This document shows, in pieces, positions 40,542-49,139 of a DNA stretch of 64,000 nt (position 1 is its first letter; each line of letters starts with the position of its first letter). Location: positions 1 through 64,000 of the forward strand of contig JBHLLU010000002.1 of assembly GCA_048938895.1 (NCBI GenBank), written 5' to 3'. The stretch is from Promethearchaeota archaeon (lineage in GTDB: Archaea; Asgardarchaeota; Lokiarchaeia; Sigyniarchaeales; SOKP01). The position numbers and the translations under genes were made by a program. The notes under the pieces were generated by a model, which was not told the origin of the DNA, searched no databases, and worked only from the letters and a program-made list of their open reading frames with translations.

Positions 40542-41039
40542 TTAATCTAGAGTAGCTCCACCTATAATTCCTAAAATACCACCTGCAGCGCCCATAAAGA
40601 AACTAATCCAAATTCCCCATCTCGCACCAGCAAGACTTCCAAAAAATAGACTATCTCCAAGTCCCAAACCCTCAAAATAACCTAGTTCAAGAAATAATTG
40701 AAGCGAAAGGATAATTGGTCCTGCTAACATGAGCAATCCACCTAATATACCGAGGAATTTAATTTCTACTAATGCTGCTACGAAAGCTACTGCTCCTCCC
40801 GCAACTAATAATATACCGATGAGAAGTAATAACATATCCTCTGCGGAATCTGGTCCAAAATCAATACCAGATATAATTCCAGCTCCCGACCCAAAACCTC
40901 CGATATAGATTGCATCTCCCCCTCCCCAAATGCGCCATAGAGAAAATAAACCAGGAAATAGATAGAATAGCACTATGCTAAGAATTCCTAAAATACCTCC
41001 AACTATAGCAAGAGGTTTACCTGCTCCCATTTTTTTCAC
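40542..41039 (-). CDS. Gly-rich multi-TM membrane protein (tandem paralog 1)
   Basis: MGAG..LAI.GGI.GI, LWR..GG, GPDSAEDML, WG.WI.FFM shared with 41236-41730. Confidence 0.8.
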   Translation of the reverse strand: MKKMGAGKPLAIVGGILGILSIVLFYLFPGLFSLWRIWGGGDAIYIGGFGSGAGIISGIDFGPDSAEDMLLLLIGILLVAGGAVAFVAALVEIKFLGILGGLLMLAGPIILSLQLFLELGYFEGLGLGDSLFFGSLAGARWGIWISFFMGAAGGILGIIGGATLD

Positions 41040-41235
41040 ACTTTTATTTTTTTTTAAGAAATTATTAAACTTCTGTTATTACTTTGATCTGATGTGATAT
41101 ATAATATTTGTTATACTTTTGTTGAAAAAATATGATTAGATTGATATCTGATGAATGAATAAATATTTAGAAGATCTCAAGAATATCCTTACTAGAGAAA
41201 ATAGCATTTATTAATAAAAAAAAAAATTGAAGAAG

Positions 41236-41730
41236 TTAATCTGAAGTTGCTCCACCAATGATTCCTAACACGCCTCCTCCAATAGCCATAAAGAAACCAA
41301 TCCAAACACCCCAATTTGCGCCTGCTTGGCTTCCCCAGAGAGCAAACTCAGGAAATCCTTCCCAGAATCCTAATTCAAGAAATAATTCGACTACAAGTAA
41401 GCCTGGACCTGCTAACATAAGAATTCCTCCGATTATTCCAAGGGCTTTATTTTCTGCGATTCCCCCAATAAGGGCTAATACACCACCAGCAATTATTAAG
41501 ATAGCGACTATTAAGAAAAGCATATCCTCAGCAGAATCGGGTCCATAATCAATACCCACCAGTGTGCCAGATGTAGATCCAAAACCGCCAGCAAATATAG
41601 TAAGAGCTGCTCCTCCATCGAACCTCCATAAACAAAAAAATCCAGGCATCGCGTAATACAAAACAATACTAAGAATTCCTACAATTCCACCAATTATGGC
41701 AATAATTCTTCCTGCTCCCATTTTCATCAC
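41236..41730 (-). CDS. Gly-rich multi-TM membrane protein (tandem paralog 2)
   Basis: Collinear high similarity to 40542-41039. Confidence 0.8.
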   Translation of the reverse strand: MMKMGAGRIIAIIGGIVGILSIVLYYAMPGFFCLWRFDGGAALTIFAGGFGSTSGTLVGIDYGPDSAEDMLFLIVAILIIAGGVLALIGGIAENKALGIIGGILMLAGPGLLVVELFLELGFWEGFPEFALWGSQAGANWGVWIGFFMAIGGGVLGIIGGATSD

Positions 41731-41911
41731 ATATTTTTGTAAAATGTAAGTTTTATATAAAAATTAGCATATATAATAGTTTATTATTTGAATTGATCTT
41801 ATATATAAGATTTACTAATACAATTTATTCAGGGTAGATTAATTTACAGATTCCTCAGAAATAAGGTTATATTCAGAAATTATAATAAAAAAATAGTAAT
41901 AAAAATATAAT

Positions 41912-42424
41912 TTAAAAAGCTCCTGGGCCGTAGACAGTAGCTACAAGTCCTATAATTCCACCAGCATATAATAAATACATTCCAATATCAAATCCACCAA
42001 AATCTAAGATTTTTAAAGGAATAATATCTTCTACTAATGGAGAATCTGTTCCTAGAATATTTGTAATCCAATCGTCAACACTAATGACTCTATAACTTCC
42101 TAAAAAGATTAGGGTAGCTATTCCAAGAGTTAAAAGAGTCCCGATTGCGGCAAAAACTCTTTTCTTCATGCCTAAAATAAGGAAAAGTCCCGCAGCTAGG
42201 AACAAAATGAACCCCACCGCAATAATATAGAGCGAAAAGCCTGGTATATTTAATGTTGATCCTAAATTCTCCGCATCAGTAAACATTGCTCCAAGATTAT
42301 TTATGATTCCCAAACCATTAGCATAGTAAGGAGGTACCGTATCAATCGCATACCACGAAAAGAAATAGGTTGCCAGAATAGTAATTATTCCAGATAACAG
42401 ACTTAACAATTTTCCAGTTTCCAT
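41912..42424 (-). CDS. Multi-TM membrane protein, possibly a distant relative of the two neighbours
   Basis: Similar size and topology, GK.LSLLSGII start, G.YLLYAGGIIGL end. Confidence 0.7.
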   Translation of the reverse strand: METGKLLSLLSGIITILATYFFSWYAIDTVPPYYANGLGIINNLGAMFTDAENLGSTLNIPGFSLYIIAVGFILFLAAGLFLILGMKKRVFAAIGTLLTLGIATLIFLGSYRVISVDDWITNILGTDSPLVEDIIPLKILDFGGFDIGMYLLYAGGIIGLVATVYGPGAF

Positions 42425-42613
42425 TTTGAACCACTTATTAGAAATTTTTAATATTTATAACTAGATAGATCTTGAACTATATTTAAGATTATCTTATTTC
42501 AATAAGTTCTTAATTTACATGTGTGTAATTCAGTTGAAATCATATTAAATGAAACAATATCCTAATTTTAAGAGTAGGCAAACACTTTCAATTTAAATTT
42601 CAAATTTAAAGTT

Positions 42614-42991
42614 TCAAGTTTCTAAAACTAATTCGTTATTTACTTCCTTGATAACAGATAACAATTTGCGCATATTAAAAGGTTTATCAAGAAAAGCACA
42701 AGCTCCTATAGAAAGAGCCTTTTTTTTTATTGTTATGTCCGCACTAGCAAAAATAATTTTAACATGATTATTGATACATAAAATTTCAGCCATGGCGTCG
42801 AGTCCATTTTTTATTGGCATACGATGATCCATTAACACAATATCCGGTTTTTCTTTAAGGTTATTATATTTCTCTATAGCAGTCTTGCCATTATATGCGG
42901 TATCAACAATTTCATACCCCGCTTCAGTTAAAATCAAAGTATATAGCCGTTGGAGAGATTGGTCATCATCCACAATAAAAATCTTTACCAT
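42614..42991 (-). CDS. Single-domain response regulator (REC)
   Basis: IFIVDDD, PDIVLMDHRMP..NG, FASA, FLDKPF. Confidence 0.93.
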   Translation of the reverse strand: MVKIFIVDDDQSLQRLYTLILTEAGYEIVDTAYNGKTAIEKYNNLKEKPDIVLMDHRMPIKNGLDAMAEILCINNHVKIIFASADITIKKKALSIGACAFLDKPFNMRKLLSVIKEVNNELVLET

Positions 42992-43145
42992 ACTGGAACC
43001 TTAAGTGCTTTTTGAAATATTCTCTACCAAAATATCCCATTATGTTTTACAACTAACTTAATAATAACAATAACTTTTATTTAAGTTTAAACAATTGAAA
43101 AGCTAACTGCTACTCTTGGTAATTTTCAATAAAATTGCTATTTCT

Positions 43146-43162
43146 AGAGAAATATTTATATA
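43146..43162 (+). promoter_or_regulatory. BRE/TATA-like archaeal promoter positioned for a leaderless transcript starting near 43188
   Basis: Purine-rich AGAGAAATA followed by TTTATATA (43155-43162), 25 nt before the ATG. Confidence 0.55.
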
Positions 43163-43187
43163 TGTACAATCGATAATTATTCTAATA

Positions 43188-43262
43188 ATGTTTAATAAGT
43201 CTCTCTCTAACAAATTGGTATTGTTATTACTGAGTTTAGTAGTAGTATTATTATTACTCTAA
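43188..43262 (+). CDS. Candidate Leu/Val-rich leader peptide (24 aa, not in ORF track)
   Basis: MFNKSLSNKLVLLLLSLVVVLLLL*: 11 Leu and 4 Val, 14 of the last 15 codons are Leu/Val. Confidence 0.6.
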   Translation: MFNKSLSNKLVLLLLSLVVVLLLL

Positions 43263-43355
43263 ATCAAGAGAGACGAACCTGATTCTTTTTTTGATATAAC
43301 TTTTCTCATGGATTTGTTCTCTCTTGAAGTCCAGAGGATTCCATCTAAAAAAGAA
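43199..43355 (+). promoter_or_regulatory. Candidate attenuator with mutually exclusive helices and a U-tract
   Basis: GTCTCTCT(43199-206):AGAGAGAC(43267-74); TCAAGAGAGA(43264-73):TCTCTCTTGA(43318-27); ATGGA..TTCTCT:AGAGGA.TCCAT(43308-44); T7 at 43286-92. Confidence 0.55.
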
Positions 43356-43403
43356 AATTATGGTTCACAATAACAATGTAGAAAGAAAAAAGGAGGTGAA
43401 AAA

Positions 43404-43562
43404 ATGGAGGAAACCGAAGAACAGTTGATAATAAAAACTACTGTTAAGAAAGAAGAAATTGATTGGGCTAAGTACCTTGACCATACTAAATTTCTTCAAC
43501 CTGCAGAAATGAATAATTATTCCCAAGAACGCTTTAAACGGGATTATGAAGAACTAGGATAA
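43404..43562 (+). CDS. Small hydrophilic protein (52 aa, not in ORF track)
   Basis: Strong SD AGGAGGTGA (43391-43399); MEETEEQLIIKTTVKKEEIDWAKYLDHTKFLQPAEMNNYSQERFKRDYEELG*. Confidence 0.65.
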   Translation: MEETEEQLIIKTTVKKEEIDWAKYLDHTKFLQPAEMNNYSQERFKRDYEELG

Positions 43563-43726
43563 TTTTATTATCTTAATATATTTTATAGCTATATCTCATT
43601 CTTATTATTAAATTATATAATAAATCTTTATAAAAATAATAAATTCTTTAATTTAGTAGATTTACTTCTATTAGTTTTACTTACAAATTTGTATCAAGAT
43701 TTTAAAAATAATTAAGGAAAATTACA

Positions 43727-45448
43727 ATGAAAGATTTAATCATTAAAAATGGCCTGGTTTACGATCCTCTGAATAATATCGATGGGGAAAAGAAAGATAT
43801 CTATATCAAAGATGGAGTCGTTGTAGACAAGGTTAATAGTGATGCAAAGGTTATTGATGCCTCAGGAATGGTTGTGATGCCTGGCGGAGTTGATATACAC
43901 TCCCATATAGCTGGTACAAAAGTAAATGCTGGACGACAATTTCGACCTGATGATAAATTGGAGGAATTTAATGAAAAGCGAACAAAAATAACTCGGAGTG
44001 GCACAGGTTGGTCAGTTCCATCAACTTGGGCTACAGGATATCGATATGCGCGCCTTGGATATACAACCGTTGTAGAGCCCGCTATGCCAATGTTGAAAGC
44101 TCGCCATACTCATGAAGAGTTTTTAGATATGCCTATTATTGACAAAGCAGCTTTTCCTTTATTCGGAAATAATTGGTTCGTAATGGAATTTATAAAAGAA
44201 AAGAATTATGATAAGCTTGCTGCCTATGTTTCATGGATTTTAAAAGTTACTAAAGGTTATGCCGTTAAAATAGTAAATCCTGGAGGAGTTGAAAATTGGA
44301 CCTGGGGAAAGAATGTTAATTCCATAGACGACCACGTTTTTCACTTTGATGTCTCACCTAGAGAAATTCTAGAAGGATTATCAACGGTTAATGAAAAACT
44401 CGGATTACCCCACACAATACATGTTCATGCAAATAATTTAGGGCATCCTGGTAATAAAAAGCATACTCTTGAAACATTTGAAGCTGTAGGAAAAATCAAA
44501 CCAAAAAAAGGAAGAGATTCTGCTTTACATTTAACCCATTGCCAATTTAATGCTTATGGAGGTACAAACTGGACTGATTTTGAGTCTGGAGCCGCGGATA
44601 TTGCTGAATATTTAAACAAACATAATCACATTACAGTTGATGCGGGGCAAGTAATATTCGGTAAAGCAGCTACTACAACGATGACCGCAGACGGACCTTG
44701 GGAATTTGCACTCCATCATATTGGTGGAACTTCTGTTTGGGGCAACCGTCCAGGAATAAAGTGGATTAATGGGCAAGTAGAAGGTGAATCAGGTTCAGGG
44801 ATTGTACCATATTTCTTCTCACCAAAAACGGCAGTGAATGCAGTACAATGGGCAGTTGGACTAGAACTTATGCTCTTAATCAAAAATCCATGGCAAGTAT
44901 TTCAAACTACTGATCACCCGAATGGGGGACCATTTACATCTTATCCTCAAATTGTTCGTTGGCTTATGGATAAGAAGTCTCGAGATGATGTACTTTTAAA
45001 TCAATGCTCTAAAAGAGCAACAGAGAAAACCCAGTTAAAAGATATTGACCGAGAGTTTACATTAAACGATATATGTATTGTAACTCGAGCAGGTACCGCA
45101 AAATGCTTAGGAATGACAGATAGAGGTCATTTAGGCAAAGGAGCAATAGGTGATGTTGCAATTTATAAAATAAATCCTGAAGAAACAGACGGATACGAAA
45201 TTGAAAAAGCATTTTCATTAGCAGCTTATACAATAAAAGATGGAGAGATTGTTGTAAAGGATGGGGAAATTACAGCTACTCCGATGGGTACAACGATTTG
45301 TTCTGAAGGAAAGGTTAAGGATGAAATCATGAAATCTATGCTTGAAGATGTTAAATCTCATTGGCGCGATCATTATAGCATTAACTATGCCAATTATGCG
45401 GTTCATGATGCGTATGCTCCTAAAGTAAAAATTATGAATGGAGTTTAA
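43727..45448 (+). CDS. fwdA: Formylmethanofuran dehydrogenase subunit A (amidohydrolase)
   Basis: MPGGVDIHSHIAG.KVN.GR, K.VNPGG, H.H.NNLG.PGN, TTDHPNGGPF..YP. Confidence 0.95.
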   Translation: MKDLIIKNGLVYDPLNNIDGEKKDIYIKDGVVVDKVNSDAKVIDASGMVVMPGGVDIHSHIAGTKVNAGRQFRPDDKLEEFNEKRTKITRSGTGWSVPSTWATGYRYARLGYTTVVEPAMPMLKARHTHEEFLDMPIIDKAAFPLFGNNWFVMEFIKEKNYDKLAAYVSWILKVTKGYAVKIVNPGGVENWTWGKNVNSIDDHVFHFDVSPREILEGLSTVNEKLGLPHTIHVHANNLGHPGNKKHTLETFEAVGKIKPKKGRDSALHLTHCQFNAYGGTNWTDFESGAADIAEYLNKHNHITVDAGQVIFGKAATTTMTADGPWEFALHHIGGTSVWGNRPGIKWINGQVEGESGSGIVPYFFSPKTAVNAVQWAVGLELMLLIKNPWQVFQTTDHPNGGPFTSYPQIVRWLMDKKSRDDVLLNQCSKRATEKTQLKDIDREFTLNDICIVTRAGTAKCLGMTDRGHLGKGAIGDVAIYKINPEETDGYEIEKAFSLAAYTIKDGEIVVKDGEITATPMGTTICSEGKVKDEIMKSMLEDVKSHWRDHYSINYANYAVHDAYAPKVKIMNGV

Positions 45449-45580
45449 GATTCTTTTTTCTTATTTCATTCAATTTGCCTATACTTTTTTTATAAAAAAT
45501 ACACAATTATTCCAATCACTTTTTTAAAAGAGAAAAAGTATTAGTACTTCATATATAATTGTAAAAACATAGGTTTTAAC

Positions 45581-45874
45581 ATGCATAATGAAGATTTAAT
45601 GAAACTTTTAGCAGCTCTTGGGGCAATAATAAGTTTAATAGACGCTTTATTGGGTTTTGATGACAGAAATTTAGACAATTCAAAAATAATTTTGCTAGTA
45701 CTTTCAATTACTTTAGCAGCAATAATTTTAATAAGTATAATTCTACCCCATAAGTTTATGGAATTAAATTGGATTATCTGTGTAGTAATAGGTATTATAA
45801 TGATAATTTATACTAGTTTAATAGGCGGAATTCTCGTTTTAGTTGCGGGATTTGTAGGATATACCGAAAGATAG
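45581..45874 (+). CDS. Small membrane protein
   Basis: 97 aa with 3-4 hydrophobic segments, ending IGGILVLVAGFVG. Confidence 0.7.
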   Translation: MHNEDLMKLLAALGAIISLIDALLGFDDRNLDNSKIILLVLSITLAAIILISIILPHKFMELNWIICVVIGIIMIIYTSLIGGILVLVAGFVGYTER

Positions 45875-45969
45875 TTAAGATAATTCTTAATTTCATAGTA
45901 ATCGCATAAAATTGAAACCGTCATTATTATATGGCTTTTTATTTAAATGCCAAAAAGAACAATTCGGTA

Positions 45970-47235
45970 TTATATCCATTCCAATATTGAAGAACATCCC
46001 AGACCTTCCTTGTTTTCAACCCTACCGTGAACTAAAAAGGTATCGCCTTTATATCCACACTCAGGGCATTTATTTCTTGAAACAATCTCAACGATGTCAT
46101 CAACAATTATAGCATGGTTTACTGAGGCCTCAACGCCAAATGGAGTTAGCACTTCCAGAAGTCCCCTATCTCCTGCTTTTTTTAATGGTTCAAGGTCTGT
46201 TATATCCCTGACAATAATTCTAGCTTGAGATGGACAATGAAATATAAAATCTTGATATTTATCTGACCAGTGGCTCCCAAAAGTTATTGGCGTTTCGGTA
46301 AAACCATACATATCAGTAATTCTATCAGAGCTAGTCCCAAATGATTCCACACAATCAGAAACAAATTTTACTTTATCTATTGGAGGATATTTTAATTGTG
46401 ATTTATGTCCATCCCATCCTCCACCTCCAAAATTTACCACACTGTTGGGTAAATTAAATTTCAGATCCTTTTCTTTCATGATAGTATTCATGAACGTGTT
46501 TAATAATTGAAGACTCCCTCCAAATGAGATATGTTTCTGTTTTTCCAACGGTTTTTCTAAATTTTTTCTTACATGCTTAATCACATATTTTGAGTTTACA
46601 CCAAAAGCACCAACTAGACTTCGCTTTTTAATTATTTCCTTAAACGCTTTTAGAATAAAAAATTTAATCAAAAATTTTGGATTCGACATTCTTGTTGAAA
46701 TTTCATGCAAAATACTTCCATATAGTTTGATCGGTCTTACTTTCGTATACCTCATAGCAATTCGGTTTAAGAACTTAACACTAGGGGCGAAATCAAATGA
46801 AATTGTATTAAACCATTCATCTTGAGGAATTGGAATGAATTCATAAATACATTTGATAGTCATACTTGCTAATAATTCAATATCGTCTTTTGAACGTCCT
46901 ACTAAAGAAGCATCCCCTGATGTACAAGATGAGACATTCCATAGTTCAAACTTAGGGGAATATAAAGGTATTTTTAAGAATTTTTTAAACTTTCCTGCTG
47001 ATTCTTTGAAAAGATGTGCGGAGATATAAGGTATGGACGCTAAATCATCAATATTATTCAAATCACTAATATTAAAACTATTTTTTTTTACCAAATCCCT
47101 ATAATAAGCATTAAATCCAATAGCTTCTTCAGTAATTTCGCGCATTAGATTTACGAACTCTTGGCTATTATAATCTGTATTTATGATTTCTCGTATTTTT
47201 TCATCATCAACAATTTCGCTACTTAACATTATCAA
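45970..47235 (-). CDS. LuxE-like acyl-protein synthetase (ANL superfamily)
   Basis: IPYI...FK, SSCTSG (P-loop SSGTSG variant), GGGGWDG, DMYGFTE, GR...E..GCS C-terminal Cys. Confidence 0.75.
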   Translation of the reverse strand: MIMLSSEIVDDEKIREIINTDYNSQEFVNLMREITEEAIGFNAYYRDLVKKNSFNISDLNNIDDLASIPYISAHLFKESAGKFKKFLKIPLYSPKFELWNVSSCTSGDASLVGRSKDDIELLASMTIKCIYEFIPIPQDEWFNTISFDFAPSVKFLNRIAMRYTKVRPIKLYGSILHEISTRMSNPKFLIKFFILKAFKEIIKKRSLVGAFGVNSKYVIKHVRKNLEKPLEKQKHISFGGSLQLLNTFMNTIMKEKDLKFNLPNSVVNFGGGGWDGHKSQLKYPPIDKVKFVSDCVESFGTSSDRITDMYGFTETPITFGSHWSDKYQDFIFHCPSQARIIVRDITDLEPLKKAGDRGLLEVLTPFGVEASVNHAIIVDDIVEIVSRNKCPECGYKGDTFLVHGRVENKEGLGCSSILEWI

Positions 47236-47321
47236 TCACTTTTGAATCGATCTAAATCTTTAGTAATACTTGTAATAATTTCTTGAATTTATTAATTATA
47301 CTTATTTTTTTTCCAAATAGG

Positions 47322-48161
47322 TTAAATGAAATTAAATCCTGCGTTCTTGAAAGAGGTAATTAATTCTTGATTCATACTTACCATTGCTTCTGACGGATAT
47401 CTGAGTTTAAACAAGAATTGAGCATGATTCTTTATATCTAATCTTTTAATTCTTTTTTTAGCAAGTTTTAGCCATCTATCTCCTTGTTGTTTACTAGATT
47501 CTATTACTTCAATATAAGCTTTCGTGAAATATTGTTCCGGATCTTCATCAAAAGGGCCATATTTATCACTATAAGCTTTCTCGATTTCAGAATCGCTTAA
47601 AATACTATATTTTTCCCTATGGGTTATAACATTTCTATCTAGTTTTGGTATAGTATTTGGGGTAGATTCAGGATAGCCTATACATAGAAGCATCATAGGG
47701 AGCACTAATTTTGGTATTGAAAAATTTTCTCGAATTTCATCAATTATTCCCTGAATTGAACCTACATAAACTGATCCAAGGCCAAAGCTTTCTGCTGTCA
47801 TAACTACATTTTGAGCAGCACACATTAAATCTGCATATGCAATAAGAAAGTGAGAGAGTGCATTTTCACCTTGAAAGTCAGTATCAGACAATGCAGCCCA
47901 TTTCTTTATTCTATTAAAATCAATGCAGAAAATCATTGATAAAGGGGCATTTTTTACCCAAGGTTGTGACCCTATCATTTTTCCTAAATATTCTCGACCT
48001 TCTGCAGTTTGAATTGTAATTATAGATAGGGGTTGAATATTTCCCCCTGAAGGGCAATTGTTTGCAGCATCTAGCAATTTATCTATAAGATCTTGCGAAA
48101 CTTCTTGATTTTTATATACTCTTACAGATCTTCTTTTGATCATTAAATCATAAACACTCAT
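47322..48161 (-). CDS. NfsA/Frp-type nitroreductase / NADPH flavin reductase
   Basis: RRSVRVY, PSGGNIQP, GSQPWV..AP, D...AAQN....AES.GLGSVYVG, L.IGYP. Confidence 0.88.
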   Translation of the reverse strand: MSVYDLMIKRRSVRVYKNQEVSQDLIDKLLDAANNCPSGGNIQPLSIITIQTAEGREYLGKMIGSQPWVKNAPLSMIFCIDFNRIKKWAALSDTDFQGENALSHFLIAYADLMCAAQNVVMTAESFGLGSVYVGSIQGIIDEIRENFSIPKLVLPMMLLCIGYPESTPNTIPKLDRNVITHREKYSILSDSEIEKAYSDKYGPFDEDPEQYFTKAYIEVIESSKQQGDRWLKLAKKRIKRLDIKNHAQFLFKLRYPSEAMVSMNQELITSFKNAGFNFI

Positions 48162-48498
48162 AGGTATGAATGATTCTAAGTAGCTTATAAATTTATGACA
48201 TTGTAAGTATGAATAAAAAACTCAATATTAGCAAAAGAATTTTTATTGGCTAGTTAAATATAGAGCAGTTTGAAATTGTTTCCTTCACTTCTGGAAATTC
48301 ATTTTCTTTATCCAATTTTGATTGTCGTTTATTTTTAATTGCATAATAAACCAAACAAACAGGTCCTATTTTCAGTTTGATCACTCTTTATTTCGAACTA
48401 TTTTTAATTATAAATATGATAAGAACAATAAAAGAAATCAGTAGACTAATTTTTTATTTTTTTTAGAAAGATATTGAAAATTAGAAAATAAATGATGA

Positions 48499-48580
48499 AG
48501 CCAGCGGTGGGATTTGCACCCACGATGCCTAATGGCAACGGCTCTGCAGGCCGCCTCCTTAACTACTCGGATACACTGGC
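48499..48580 (-). tRNA. tRNA-Cys(GCA) with long variable arm (82 nt, no encoded CCA)
   Basis: GCCAGTG TA TCCG AGTAGTTA AGGA G GCGGC CTGCAGA GCCGT TGCCATTAGGCATC GTGGG TGCAAAT CCCAC CGCTGGC T; 7/5 fold, anticodon at 48547-48545, U73. Confidence 0.92.
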
Positions 48581-48733
48581 AATAATAAGAATAACTTCTA
48601 TTTGAGTATCATTCAATTAGATATTAATATTTATTCTTGCTTTTTTTTTAGCTTTTCTATTTACAGACTTATTATCACAACTTATATTTGAATATATTAT
48701 TATTATGTAGAAAATAAATTGAAGAAGGATTTA

Positions 48734-49021
48734 TTAACCTCCGGCAATTGCGGGAACGAAAAAAATTTCATCATCTTGTTTCAATTTTGTATTAAGCCCA
48801 TCTAAAGCACGGATATCTTTGCCATTTACCGTAATTAATACATATTTACTCAAATTGGCCGAATTTTTAAAAATTTGCTCTTCAAAAGCCTTTCCATATT
48901 TTAGAACAAGTTTTTCTAGCAAAATTCTAATATCTGAATTATTTTCTAAAGAAAAGATTAATTCTTCTTTATCGGTAATATCAGTCAATATTGAAAAGAA
49001 ACTGATTTTTACATCAACCAT
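48734..49021 (-). CDS. MoaD/ThiS/SAMP ubiquitin-like sulfur carrier
   Basis: Beta-grasp pattern VNG.DIR.LDG..T.L..DDEI and C-terminal PAIAGG. Confidence 0.92.
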   Translation of the reverse strand: MVDVKISFFSILTDITDKEELIFSLENNSDIRILLEKLVLKYGKAFEEQIFKNSANLSKYVLITVNGKDIRALDGLNTKLKQDDEIFFVPAIAGG

Positions 49022-49139
49022 AACTAATCAATGAAATGTTAATATATACCTTTATAAATGTAATTAATAAACTTAATATTTTAGATTATAAATATTAAAT
49101 TCTAATGTTGTAAGTGATAATTCCAAATAAACAAAACAA

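Noticed and set aside
45970-48161. Bioluminescence (lux) operon
   Set aside because: No luxA/B, luxC or luxD in the window
48250-48384. 44-codon minus-strand ORF (MIKLKIGPVCLVYYAIKN...) between tRNA and nitroreductase
   Set aside because: No recognisable motif and an ambiguous start; cannot be supported without homologs
48499-48580. Long-arm tRNA read as tRNA-Sec
   Set aside because: Anticodon is GCA not TCA, fold is 7/5 not 9/4, D-stem is short and the discriminator is U
48400-48733. Integrated element at the tRNA gene
   Set aside because: No integrase or transposase and no duplicated tRNA 3' end seen in the window
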